Shown one piece after another: positions 37,588 to 48,507 of a DNA stretch of 64,000 bases. A program made the translations under genes and the position numbers. The stretch is from Camelus ferus (lineage: Eukaryota). Below the pieces are notes generated by a model. That model was given only the letters and a program-made list of their open reading frames with translations. It was not told the origin of the DNA and made no database searches. The number at the start of each line of letters is the position of its first letter. Within the stretch, counting starts at the first letter, position 1. The stretch lies in assembly GCF_009834535.1 (NCBI RefSeq), contig NC_045705.1, positions 55,614,001 to 55,678,000 on the forward strand, written 5' to 3'.

Positions 37588-37927
37588 CAATATCCCTTTT
37601 CTGAAGAGGGTATGCTTTTGGTGGGTGGGGCAGGGGAGGGGAGACCCTGGGATGGGCCATCACCACTTAGCCTACCTTATATCAAGTATGAATCAGTAGC
37701 CACGCCAGGCCTCAGCTGGGCCACATCTGGAGAACTGGGGTGGGGGTACAACATCGTAAAATACCTGGCCTCAGTCTGGTCACTCATCCCTTTCGGGGCA
37801 ACAAGGAAACCAGCCTGTGGACCAAGAACACAACACCAGAGACGGAGGCCAGCAGAAGTATTTGTCTGCCCTCACCCCTCTGCCCCTGCTCCTGCTTCCA
37901 CCTGCTCCCCATCTGCCACGAAGGTCC

Positions 37928-39721
37928 ATGCCGCACATCATCTCTCGAACACCCAGGATGGCCCAGGGCGGGCGTCCTTCATGTCTGCCTGCAGGCAAGA
38001 ACACCGCTTCGAGTGTCACTCGAGTGATAGTGAAGACACCAGGCAAGCAGGAAGACTTTATGATAGCTGATGACACCTCGGTGAGGCAGTTCAAGGAGAA
38101 GCTATCGGCTCACTTTAAATGCCAAGTGGACCAACTCGTGCTGGTCTTCATGGGCCGCCTTCTCAAAGACCATGACATACTGAGCCAGAGGGGCATCCTG
38201 GATGGCCACACCATCCACTTGGTCATCAAGTCCAAACACAGCTCCAGATCCCTAGCCCATTCCTCCCGGAAACCGTCGACCGATGAGCCCTGCCACCAGG
38301 ACAAAAACACCAAAGGAAACAGCAGTGGGGTACACCAACCTGCCGGTGCGAATCACAGTCCAGTGGAATCAGCTGTATCCGCAGAGCCTGGTGTGCCCAG
38401 GATGCATACCCAGGGCCTGGAAGTGCTCAGTCTGGAGCGCATAGCACAGATACTGGAGAATCCTGGCATCCAGCAGCTTCTGTCTAACACAGACTTCATG
38501 AGACGGTTGATCTCAGAACACCCAGACATGCAACAGTTGATGCAGCAGAACCCAGAGGTCTCACACATCTTTGACGATTCTGATGTCCTATGGCAGACTC
38601 TGGAGCTGGCCAGGAATCTTGCCGTGATTCAGGAGATATTGCAGATCCAGCAACCTGCACAGAATCTCGAACATCCATCGGACCCACAGTCACATGTGGG
38701 CTCAGAGACCACCCGAGGTGAAGACAAGGCCCTGAGTCAGAACTCCGCTGATTTCAATGACCAAATGCTCAGTAGCTCACATGATCCATTTGGGGGCAAC
38801 CTTTTCACAGCTCTCCTGGGAGGACAAGTGCCAGAGCCGGTCCAGTCCTCACCCCCATCTCCACCACCACCGCAGGAGTGGCAGGAACAGCTCCCACAGC
38901 TCCCTACAGCCCGAGTCATCTACGCCAGCTCTCGTGATTTATCTTCAACCGCCTCAGCCAGTGCTACCCCCAGCAAGGCAAACCAGACTTCCAGGGCCAA
39001 TACTGCCGCCAGCTCCACCTACGGCTGGAGTCATACTTGTGACGTTGAGCAGCTAACTGGGTCACCAGCCCTACCCAGCATAGAGCTCACCCAGCAGCCC
39101 CAGGCAGAAGACAAAGATGCCACCACCTCTCTAGACAGCTCTGATCAGAAATTAGAGGATGACCTCCGGCTGCTGGATGAGCAGACTGGCTCCCAGATCG
39201 CCGGAAGCATGACGCAGGTGCTGTTGAACAACCCCTCCCTGGCCGCCCAGATGATGCTGTGCATGAGTATGCCCCAGCTGAGTGAGCAGTGGAGGCAGCA
39301 GCTGCCCGCCCTTCCGCAGCAGACACAGCTTTCTGATATGCTTACAGCCCTAGCCAACCCTAAAACGTCACAAGCGATCCTGCAGATCGAGCAGGGCCTG
39401 CAGCTGTTGGCCACCGAGGCTCCCGTTCTTCTACCTTGGGTTGCTCCCTACCTATGGGGCCTGGGCTGGCTTCCTGCACCCAGCTGCAGCTACCCTGACA
39501 CAGTGCCCGGGGCCTGGGATGTGCCAGATATGGAGGAGCCTAAAGGGCCCGAGTCCTGCCACAAGTCTGGAACGGTCCTGCAGAGTCTACAATCCCGAGA
39601 TGGAGACCCTTCCCACCTCCTGCAAGCCCCTGAGATTCGTTTCAGCAAGCAGATGGAATCTCTGCACGCCATGGGGTTCGGGAATCACCAAGCCAACTTA
39701 CAGGCCCTCATTGCCACCTGA
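37928..39721 (+). CDS. UBQLNL: Ubiquilin-like protein, 597 aa, C-terminal UBA truncated by a frameshift
   Basis: MPHIISRTPRMAQGG...RVIVKTPGKQEDF...QLVLVFMGRLLKDHD matches recalled human UBQLNL (MWHAISRTSRMSQSG...); UBL, STI1-like and M regions; UBA MGF motif, then TGA at 39719-39721. The ORF-track start at 37817 is GTG; the conserved ATG is at 37928. Confidence 0.92.
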   Translation: MPHIISRTPRMAQGGRPSCLPAGKNTASSVTRVIVKTPGKQEDFMIADDTSVRQFKEKLSAHFKCQVDQLVLVFMGRLLKDHDILSQRGILDGHTIHLVIKSKHSSRSLAHSSRKPSTDEPCHQDKNTKGNSSGVHQPAGANHSPVESAVSAEPGVPRMHTQGLEVLSLERIAQILENPGIQQLLSNTDFMRRLISEHPDMQQLMQQNPEVSHIFDDSDVLWQTLELARNLAVIQEILQIQQPAQNLEHPSDPQSHVGSETTRGEDKALSQNSADFNDQMLSSSHDPFGGNLFTALLGGQVPEPVQSSPPSPPPPQEWQEQLPQLPTARVIYASSRDLSSTASASATPSKANQTSRANTAASSTYGWSHTCDVEQLTGSPALPSIELTQQPQAEDKDATTSLDSSDQKLEDDLRLLDEQTGSQIAGSMTQVLLNNPSLAAQMMLCMSMPQLSEQWRQQLPALPQQTQLSDMLTALANPKTSQAILQIEQGLQLLATEAPVLLPWVAPYLWGLGWLPAPSCSYPDTVPGAWDVPDMEEPKGPESCHKSGTVLQSLQSRDGDPSHLLQAPEIRFSKQMESLHAMGFGNHQANLQALIAT

Positions 39722-39945
39722 GGGAGACACCAGCGCAGCCGTCCATAAGCTCAGGAGATCTCAGGGATCCTAACCACTGTGCCCACCCGTTTGCTGGTTA
39801 CCTGAATGCTGACCCATTTGACTTCCTCATCTCTGCCTTTTCCGTCTCTTCTGATGCTTCCAGCTAGGAGAAGTCCTGGAATAGGAGAAACCAAACAATG
39901 CTTTCTCTGCTGAAAAGACCACTGGCCATGGCTGAAAGATCTGTC

Positions 39946-39951
39946 AATAAA
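39946..39951 (+). terminator. Polyadenylation signal of UBQLNL
   Basis: AATAAA about 225 nt after the stop codon. Confidence 0.65.
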
Positions 39952-40019
39952 ATGGCTACATCAACTTACCTCCATCTGAGGTTTGGCTTACTTTTTTGCA
40001 AAAAAGGCAACTGTCTATG

Positions 40020-40400
40020 TGCGATAGACACCTACATCACCTGCCTCACCTATCATGCAGGCATACATACACATACATGTTCATACATGCATGCCGTACA
40101 TAGTACATGCATGAACACACACATAGCACATGCATGTATTCATAGAGAGATAGAGAATCATATCTGCACACATGGAAACACATGCACAGATATCATATGC
40201 TCACATACCCAAGAACACATGTATATAGCCTTGGACCGGTGTTCACATGTGGCTCACACAGCCAAAGATTCAAGTATATAGGCACATAAAGTCAACACAC
40301 CATACACACAGCCACGTACACACAGCCATGTACACACACGGCTGCACACAACTACGTAGAGACCCATAAACAGACCCACGTGTAGAGGAAGATAGTCAAA
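40020..40400. repeat. Degenerate (CA/TA/TG) alternating purine-pyrimidine low-complexity tract
   Basis: catacatacacatacatg...catgcatg...acacacagcc, read directly. Confidence 0.85.
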
Positions 40401-40849
40401 ACGTACCCATGAGACACTGCTACAGAGATAGACTCAGATATTTAGTCGTAAAGATTTCCTTGATTTCTCAAGTCCAGATTGTTCAGGTTTGAGTGTGGAA
40501 GAAGAATGAGCTGGTAGGCCAGAGTAGGAGGGATCCACATTCAGCCAGGTCTTGACAAGTATTTAACCACCAAGAGTCTCTTTATGAATTGTCGCTGTCA
40601 CGATCACAGGGCCCTGCGGGACTGCTGCTGTTCTGTCCAGCAGAGAAGGACGGAGCTGCTGCCACTCTCACTGCACAGCCCAGCCACGGCCACCCCGGGC
40701 CCCCACAGGGCACGGCGCCTTTCAAGAAGATCACATCCTTCCACACATCTGATGTTTGCAGCTTTGTTCCCTATAGTTAACCAAGGTCCTGTCACGCTAC
40801 CTCCTGCCTCACCAAAAGTATCTCAGCCGATTGGCAGGTAAACACTTTT

Positions 40850-41520
40850 AATTCAATGATTCAATGATTACTTAATAAGCTCTTGCCATAATAAGTCAAA
40901 TATTGTGTTAGGCTTTAAAAAATAGCAGTGACAAAACAAATATCCTTTATTTGTGGAGTTTATTCTCTTTCTTTTGTGGGAATACATCCAACTTAATGTA
41001 TAGCTACGTGATAGGTTACGTGATGATAAGTGATACAAAGACCGGTGAAGCAGGATAGACGATTCTAAGCAGGGAGTCATCAGGGAAGGCCTCTCTGAAA
41101 GGTGACAGCTGAGCAGAAGAGCTGCACATGCAATTCCCTGGGAGAAGTATGTTCCAGGCAGAGCAGGCTGCATGAGAGCAAAAGCCATGCGGTAAGAGTA
41201 GTCTTGTGTTTGAAGAGTAACAAGGGGGCTGTGCGGCTGGAGTAGGATGAATCAAAAGACAGAGGGAAAAGGAGGATTATCAGAAATCATGAAGAGCTTT
41301 GTAGGTCTGGTGAGGACTTTGGGTTTTATTATGAATGCAACAGAAAAATCACGGCTGGATTTTAGGCGAAGGGATGGAGTGATTCAATATATCAGTCTGG
41401 CTGCTGAGTGGGGAATAGACTGTGGTAGAAGGAAAAACTGGAATCAGGAAAACTAGTTAGAGCAGGTGGGAGGTGGCGGTGTCTGGGACTAGGGCAGGAG
41501 CAGCGGAGGTGAGGAAAAGC
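40850..41520 (-). mobile_element. L2 LINE 3' part
   Basis: attcaatgattacttaataagc...cagggaaggcctctctgaaaggtgacagctgagcagaag...tggattttaggcgaagggatggag. Confidence 0.8.
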
Positions 41521-42309
41521 ATTCAGATTCTGGACTGCGAAGAGAGCCCGCAGACATCCATGTGGTCCTGACAAGCCACCCATCCTCCAGCCCTGACATG
41601 AACATCGGCAAGACTGGAGGAGGCCCTGAGCTCCAAGTGCTTCAAGTAAACCTACTGCCAAAGACCCCTCACTCCGCTACCACCACCCACCAAAACAGTA
41701 CAGCTCCAGAAAGAAAATTATAGCTAAGAACAGAGTTTTCACCACCCGCCTCCATTAAGATGTCTCTCTGAATCCGATTAAGCCTTATATCCTCAGTTTA
41801 TATAAAAAGCCCAAATTCTTCGGATCATCATCCTGATTCTCCCTAGATGCTCTGAAAATCCCTCATCCGACTTATCAGTTCTCCAAACCATTGCGCCCCA
41901 CCATGTAGAGCTCAGTTTGGCAACAGTGAAACAAGCCCTTGTATCGGCAACCTTTCCCCTAAACGTCCCCTCGCCTTCCTGCTGTGACTGAAATGCGGCT
42001 GTCTGCCGAGGATGCCGCTTCTCCAGCAGTGCTGCCTGCTTCTTTCGTTCCCTGTGGACTCTGAAGTGGGGTGGGGGGGTCCTCCTGGGGCCTTCTATTG
42101 CTTCCTAACCGCAGTTTCCTAGCTTCAGTACTGCTCTGTCACAATTATTCTGGCGTAATATCCTCCTAGCAGACTCACCATGGTTCTCTCCGACTCTGCC
42201 TCTTCTCTGTGGAGGCAGAGGAAAGCAGACAACTGTGTTGACTAGTCTTATTTAACTTTATTACCAAAGCCTTCATTGTTCTGTTTGTGTTTCTTACTGC
42301 ATTTTCCTA

Positions 42310-42485
42310 TGCTAACTTTTTTCACCAAAAACCTGTGTTGAAACGCAGGTTTTTGAGCTTCATTCCAAAGGTTTCTGATTCTGCAGGTCTAGGGTAGGGC
42401 CCCTAAAATGTGCATTTCTACCAATTTCCAGGTGATCCTGATGCTGTCTGTCTAGAGACCACGCTTGGAGATCCAAGGCCCTGGT
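42310..42485. mobile_element. MER5A-like hAT MITE
   Basis: ttctgattctgcaggtctagggtagggcccc...tgtgcatttctaccaatttccaggtgatcctgatgctg...gaccacgcttggag. Confidence 0.8.
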
Positions 42486-42499
42486 CAATTCACTACCTT

Positions 42500-43500
42500 A
42501 CATTTTTGAGATGATCATTACATGTCTTCTCTGCTCTTCTCAAACCCTCAACATCCTTTTATCTATTCTGTCTCAGGTGATATTTTGCTTATTCCAACAA
42601 GATGGCAAAAAAGTGACTTTCACCCATGTCTGCCACTAAATCAACCACCTAACTTGCCTCTGTACCCATATACTCGGCCCCGCCTCCTGTTACAATGAAC
42701 ACACTGACCATGCTCCCAAATCAAGCTCTTCACTTGGGCACTTGATTCCAGTCCTTCTATCTTCTCAGCAGCTACTCTTGCCACTGTTTTGTGTTTTTCT
42801 CACATCACTGTGTTCTTCCTCCCTGGATTGTTCCCATCCGAATAAAACCACGTTGTAATGGTCTCATCTTAAGGAAAACAAAACAAAAACCCTTTATTCC
42901 GTATTTCCACACAGCCATCACTAACATTTCCAATACTCTTATTGGATCCACTTCTTCCTTTCCAACCCATTTACTTTTAAACCCACTCCAGTCAGGTTTT
43001 CTGCCCTCACCACCCGTCCAGCCTCAGTCTCATCGTGCTCTCCAGTCTAACTGGTCTCTCTCGTTCAAATCCAGTGGCCAATTCTCAGTGTTCATTTTAC
43101 TGACCTACCAGCACAATTTGCCACAGTTGGTTACTCTCTCCCCTTCTGAAATTCTTCTCCTTCTTCATTTGGATTCTTTCCCTCTCATTTATCTTCCTGA
43201 CAATGTTTTACTTGCTCTCAACTTCCTTTGCTGAATTCATCTGATGAACCTTCCAGACTTCTAAATATTGTACTGCCTATGGCTCAGTCTTCGTACCCCT
43301 ATCCTTTCACTGTACTCACTAATCTCACGATTCTAAATACTCTATCAATGCTGATGAAGTCTAGACTGACAATACTGGACTTCCTACATTTCCATTTGGA
43401 TATGAAATAGACATCTCAAATATATGTAAAACTGAACTCTTAATTTTATGTTTAACAACATTATTCCCCGGTGATTTTTACCTCAATAAATAGCCAATTC
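42500..43500 (+). mobile_element. L2 LINE fragment
   Basis: Pyrimidine-rich L2 sense pattern (ccactccagtcaggttttctgccc...aaatccagtggccaattctcagtg...atagacatctcaaat). Confidence 0.75.
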
Positions 43501-43784
43501 ATTCTTTGGCATTTTCTGGGAATAACAACAATGAAAATAAAAAGTAAAAGAAAAAGTTTATTCTATCCTTAACCTCTCTCTCATATCCTGGATCCCACCC
43601 ATCAGAAAATCAAGACGTTGAAATAGATATAAAGAATTCATGGCTGATGTTGAGTCAGAGAGAAGATAGAGGCATAAGATGCCAGGAAGAAGAAGCTCAA
43701 CCGAAGAGCAGCTGAGTTTGGGTCTTGATGGGGACACAAGGGATGAAGGACCCTTTCCTAGTTGTCCAGTCCCAATGTGAGTCT

Positions 43785-43812
43785 CCACATACCACATACC
43801 ACATACCACATA
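43785..43812 (+). repeat. (CCACATA)4 heptamer tandem repeat
   Basis: Four perfect units, read directly. Confidence 0.9.
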
Positions 43813-43986
43813 CCAGGTTGTGTGAAAACAGAACTCTCGGCTTGAGAAGGAATAGTCAGCCCAGACTCCTCACTATGAAGAAGGCAATTGAGATAAAGGA
43901 AGGAGAAGAGTTGCAGGGTCAGGGGAGATGAAGTCAGCAGGGATCCAGAGCACCTTGGAGAAGTCTCAGGAATCCATTGTGTGAGG

Positions 43987-44009
43987 CTGTGATGTCAATG
44001 CTGAGGTCA
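43987..44009 (+). promoter_or_regulatory. Tandem CRE-like element upstream of UBQLN3
   Basis: ctg-TGATGTCA-atgc-TGAGGTCA. Confidence 0.6.
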
Positions 44010-44125
44010 CAGGGGTGACCTGAAGGAGTGGGTTCTGGCTTAGAAGGCTTCAGGGGTGGCTGTTCAGCAAGATGAGGGCGGTTTGGAGCCCTGTATAAGA
44101 GGAAGGACGGGGCCACAGCTGACTG

Positions 44126-44422
44126 GTATGTATTCCCCAAACTGGGTCCTATTTGCTGCCCTTGCCCCTTCACTCATCAACTATAGACCTCTTTCCCAGG
44201 GCCTCAGGCCTCCCTCCCCTGGCCCTCAAACTCTCTCAAACCCAAAGTCCTCCCAAAGCATCCTATCCCAGGGACCTCATAGCCCCTTCCATGTGGACCC
44301 TCCAGTTCCCCCACCCTGAGGCCCCAGATCCTCTTCCTGTCCACCTTTCTTACTTTCACCACTGCCCAAAAGGATGATCGAGGTCTCTCATTCCCACCCC
44401 ACCCCCAGCTGTGTCCCCATAG
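44126..44422 (+). other. UBQLN3: Predicted UBQLN3 5'-UTR intron
   Basis: Donor CTG|GTATGT at 44126; pyrimidine-rich run ending ccccatag at 44422, 23 nt before the ATG; human UBQLN3 has two exons as I recall. Confidence 0.65.
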
Positions 44423-44445
44423 ACTTGGACCTCCTGCTGCCCACC

Positions 44446-46410
44446 ATGGCCAAAAGTGGAGAGGCCCTGCCTCAGGGCAGCCCAGCGCCGGTCCAGGACC
44501 CCCACCTCATCAAGGTGACAGTGAAGACGCCAAAGGACAAGGAGGATTTCTCAGTTACAGACACTTGCACCATCCAGCAGCTGAAGGAAGAGATATCACA
44601 GCGCTTTAAGGCCCACCCTGATCAGCTGATCCTAATCTTTGCTGGCAAAATCCTCAAGGACCCTGACTCACTGGCCCAGTGTGGGGTCCGAGATGGCCTC
44701 ACTGTTCACCTGGTCATCAAAATGCAGCGACGCACCATGGGCACGGAAAGCCCAGCTGCTTCAGTCCCTACCCCAGCCCCAAGCTCTGGATCACTCCCTC
44801 AGCCAAACTCCATTTACCCAACAGATGGGCCACCCACCTTTAGCTTAGGTGTCCTCACTGGCCTCAGTGGGCTAGGCCTGACCTCTGGTAGCTTTCCTGA
44901 CCAGCCAAGCTCACTGCTGTGGCAGCACGTGTCTGTGTCTGAATTTGTGGCTCAGATCATCGACGACCCCTTCATCCAGGGTCTGCTGTCCAACACAGGC
45001 CTGGTGCGCCAGCTGGTTCTTGACAACCCCCATATGCAGCAGCTGATCCAGCACAACCCTGAGATTGGGCATATTCTCAACAACCCTGAAATCATGCGGC
45101 AGACCTTGGAGTTTCTACGCAACCCTGCCATGATGCAAGAAATGATGCGGAGCCAGGACCGGGCACTCAGCAACCTGGAGAGCATCCCTGGTGGCTACAA
45201 TGTGCTCCGTACCATGTACACAGATATCATGGACCCTATGTTTAATGCAGTACAGGAGCAGTTTGGGGGCAATCCCTTTGCTACCTCCGTGGCTGCTAAT
45301 GCCAGCAGCAGCAGCCGCCAACCTTCAAGGACAGAGAACTGTGACCCTCTCCCCAACCCCTGGGCTTCCACATACACAGGGTCAGGCAGCAGGCGAGGCA
45401 GAAGGCCTGGGGACCTGAATGTATCTGAAATTAGAAATAGGTTTCCCAACATTCTAGGTAATATAGGGCTCAATGACTATTTCCAGCAATTACCCCAGGA
45501 CCCCCAGTCCCTGGGAACCTATCTGCAGGGGATTGCATCTACTTTCAGCCCAAGCCAAGATCTACCACCACCACCACCACCACCACCAGGAAGCCAAGTT
45601 CCTCCAACTTCCCCCTTAGGCCAGCCTCTCCCCAGGGAGTCAGTAGCAATCAAGGGAAAGTCGTCCTGCCCAGCATTCCTGAGATACCCCACAGAGAGCA
45701 GTACGAGAAAAGATGGAGGCCAAGGTGGCACAGGGAATGGCTCCACTGGCCACAGCACCAACATATCTGATCTTGTCTCTGGGCTGGGGAATGCTGCCAG
45801 CAGGGCCCCGTTGGTTCCTTCACCCCCTTCTCCCACAGCAGCTATGGCAGAATTCCCTGAGCACGCCTGGTTGCCGCCACCAGGTTATCCGAGATCTCTG
45901 AGGCCAGCCAGCATGAATCAGACCCCCCAGCTGCAAGACGAGATGTGCTGGCAGCTGCCGCTGCTGCTACACCTTCAGGCAGCCATGGCCAACCCTCGTG
46001 CCGTGCATGCCCTGCTGCAGATTGAGCAGGGTCTGCAGATCCTGGCTACTGAAGCACCTTGCCTCCTGCTCTGGTTCATGCCTTGCATCACAGGTCTGGG
46101 AAGCATGGCAGCAGGTACCGAGCCCAGAGAGGGTGCCCTCGTGCCTGAAGATTGCCCTCCAGCCCCAGCTCCTGAGGTTCCCTCAGCTCCAGGCTCTGTG
46201 GAGCTGGGCCTCCATTCCAGTCCCTTCCTCCAGATGTTGCAAGCCCTCACTGGCTCCCATCCCCAGCAGCGGCAGCCCGAGACTCACTTCCGGGTACAGC
46301 TTGAGCAACTGCGGGCCATGGGCTTTCTGAATCCTGAAGCCAATCTCCAGGCCCTCATTGCCACAGAGGGTGACGTGGATGCTGCTGTGGAGAAGCTGAG
46401 GCATTTGTAG
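44446..46410 (+). CDS. UBQLN3: Ubiquilin-3, 654 aa, intact
   Basis: Kozak ccaccATGg; [35 protein letters not shown] matches recalled human UBQLN3; ends in a complete UBA ([27 protein letters not shown]). The ORF-track ATG at 44374 lies in the predicted intron. Confidence 0.97.
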   Translation: MAKSGEALPQGSPAPVQDPHLIKVTVKTPKDKEDFSVTDTCTIQQLKEEISQRFKAHPDQLILIFAGKILKDPDSLAQCGVRDGLTVHLVIKMQRRTMGTESPAASVPTPAPSSGSLPQPNSIYPTDGPPTFSLGVLTGLSGLGLTSGSFPDQPSSLLWQHVSVSEFVAQIIDDPFIQGLLSNTGLVRQLVLDNPHMQQLIQHNPEIGHILNNPEIMRQTLEFLRNPAMMQEMMRSQDRALSNLESIPGGYNVLRTMYTDIMDPMFNAVQEQFGGNPFATSVAANASSSSRQPSRTENCDPLPNPWASTYTGSGSRRGRRPGDLNVSEIRNRFPNILGNIGLNDYFQQLPQDPQSLGTYLQGIASTFSPSQDLPPPPPPPPGSQVPPTSPLGQPLPRESVAIKGKSSCPAFLRYPTESSTRKDGGQGGTGNGSTGHSTNISDLVSGLGNAASRAPLVPSPPSPTAAMAEFPEHAWLPPPGYPRSLRPASMNQTPQLQDEMCWQLPLLLHLQAAMANPRAVHALLQIEQGLQILATEAPCLLLWFMPCITGLGSMAAGTEPREGALVPEDCPPAPAPEVPSAPGSVELGLHSSPFLQMLQALTGSHPQQRQPETHFRVQLEQLRAMGFLNPEANLQALIATEGDVDAAVEKLRHL

Positions 46411-47259
46411 GAGGCCCTGGTCGTTCGGACCGTATCTTCTCCTCTGTGCACCTCTCCCCCCGTGTCCCGCTCCCTTACCTCCCCGACTCTTGAATGCAGC
46501 TGCACTATGAACCAAATTTACTATGATGCTCTTTGCTGTGGAGACAATGTTGTTCCAGAGTCAGTGAGGAGGAATGAGAGCCCGAACAGGGTGGGGGTGC
46601 CAGGAGAGACCCAACCGCCCCTGCCGCTGTACCATCGTGGGGCCCCAGTCTGAGCTCTGCTAATGCCTATCCTGAGATGCAATTACATCCAACCTCCAGC
46701 GTCATTTGCTGCCTGAGTCTGATTCTTTGTGGGTTATGAGAAAAAGGGAGGACACAGGAGAAGAGGCGGTGGTAAGAGCTGCCACTGCGTGGATACGAGG
46801 GCTTGGAGGGAAAACTGAAAGATTTGAAGTTAGAAGATTCAGAAGCACGGAGAACAGAGGAGGGTGAGCCGAGGTCTGCAGCTTTCCTGGTGTCCTTCCA
46901 AAGGTCCTCCAGATTTCATGTCCTGTAGGAGTTGTCACCAGCTACTCTGTGTTCTTTGGGGCTCTCTACCACTAGCCTGAGTAAAAAGTGGTAAAAATGA
47001 AGTAGGTAAAGATTTGAGAGGGGAGGGAAGAGAGTTCCAGCAGAAGAGCCCTTATGTACAAAGGCACGGAGGGAGGGTGTGCATGCCACACGGTACGTGC
47101 TCTCCACATCTCAGATGAACTTCTCATTTGCACTCAGGGATGCTTCCCAAAAGGTTTGAAAGATACTCCTCTAATATCTCTGCCATAAATACCTGCATGC
47201 ACTTTTTCCTGGATATTTTAGGGTTTCATTACTTATATTTACTTTTAAATAATAGTTAA

Positions 47260-47490
47260 CGTTATTAAAGGTTTCCTCTAGCCAGGCCCTGTTTTAAGCC
47301 CTTTACATCTGAATCCACATCAGTCCTTTAATGCGGGTAAGTATTATTATCCCTACTTTCACATGAGGAACACTGAGGCATAGGGAGAGAGGCAGTATGT
47401 CACTTAAAGTTATACAGCTCTTGTATATTGCAGGCAGGATTTAAAATTAGACAGTCAACTTCCAGAGTCTAGACTCTTAACCACCACACC
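47260..47490 (-). mobile_element. MIR SINE
   Basis: tattattatccctactttcacatgaggaacactgaggcatagggagag...cttccagagtctagactcttaaccacc. Confidence 0.85.
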
Positions 47491-48379
47491 AAATCAAGTT
47501 AACTAATGTTTTCATCCTTACCAATAGAAAGTGAACCCAGAAGAGTAAAGGAATTTTTCTTCCTCCCAGACCATCCTATTGCTGGACATTTAGGTAAGCG
47601 AAACATCTTAAACGCTGATGACAATAAATCATTGTCCAGGTGTTTCATTGAATCTTCTTTTCTCTTTGTTTCCACCTCCCTCCTTCCCACCTCCTTTTCC
47701 TCCTTCCTACATTTATTTTATTTAGTAACCTGCCGACAGTGGGGTTCTAGCAGCAAATAAGATAAGGTTCCTGTTCTCATGGAGCTTACAGTCTAGTGAA
47801 GGGAGACAGAAAAATAAAATGAGTGACTGGAGAAGAACTATGACAGAAAGATAAGTTCTATGCAGATAATGAAAACAGACCGATAAGAGAGTGAATGGTT
47901 GGGAAGACCTCTGGGAAGAGCTGGTTTGAATGGTTAAGAAGAGTGACCCTTGTAAAGACTAGGTGGTCAAGCGTTAAAGACTTAGGCCACAGTTAATGCG
48001 ATGACCTTAGGTGTGGGAAGGCGCCTGGCTGTTCCAGATACAGCAGGGGAGCCAGTGTGGCCAACTTTTGTAAGAAAGGGGAAACTCAACATCAGGAAGT
48101 CAAGGAGACTGGCGGGAATGTGACCATGGGAGGCTTTGTAGCTAGATACCGAGCTTGAATTTTATTCTAATGCTGATATTCCAAACATAGCCTTTGCTAC
48201 TCCCATCAGCAGCTCTTCTTAGGCTTAATTAAACAGACTCATTATTACAAGCCACCCTTAACACAAATCTACTCAGAGTATACAGGAAGGAAACTGCAGC
48301 TCACCAACTGGGCAGAATCAGGCATTTCTCATTGTCTGGGAGTCCTTGCAGCATAGCCACCCAAGAGTCATCTTCTCCC

Positions 48380-48507
48380 NNNNNNNNNNNNNNNNNNNNN
48401 NNNNNNNNNNNNNNNNNNNNNNNNNNNNNNNNNNNNNNNNNNNNNNNNNNNNNNNNNNNNNNNNNNNNNNNNNNNNNNNNNNNNNNNNNNNNNNNNNNNN
48501 NNNNNNN
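48380..48507. other. Assembly gap (128 N)
   Basis: N-run. Confidence 1.

Noticed and set aside
37817-37927. 37-codon N-terminal extension of UBQLNL in the ORF track
   Set aside because: Starts at GTG, has no homology to known UBQLNL, and is mostly the pyrimidine tract of a predicted intron.
40584-40841. CpG-rich patch with Cys-rich short ORF
   Set aside because: No recognisable homology or exon boundaries.
44094-44100. TATAAGA as the UBQLN3 TATA box
   Set aside because: A TSS about 30 nt downstream would coincide with the splice donor at 44126, leaving essentially no first exon.
44374-44445. Upstream in-frame ATG of UBQLN3
   Set aside because: Lies inside the predicted 5'-UTR intron; the conserved start with a perfect Kozak context is at 44446.
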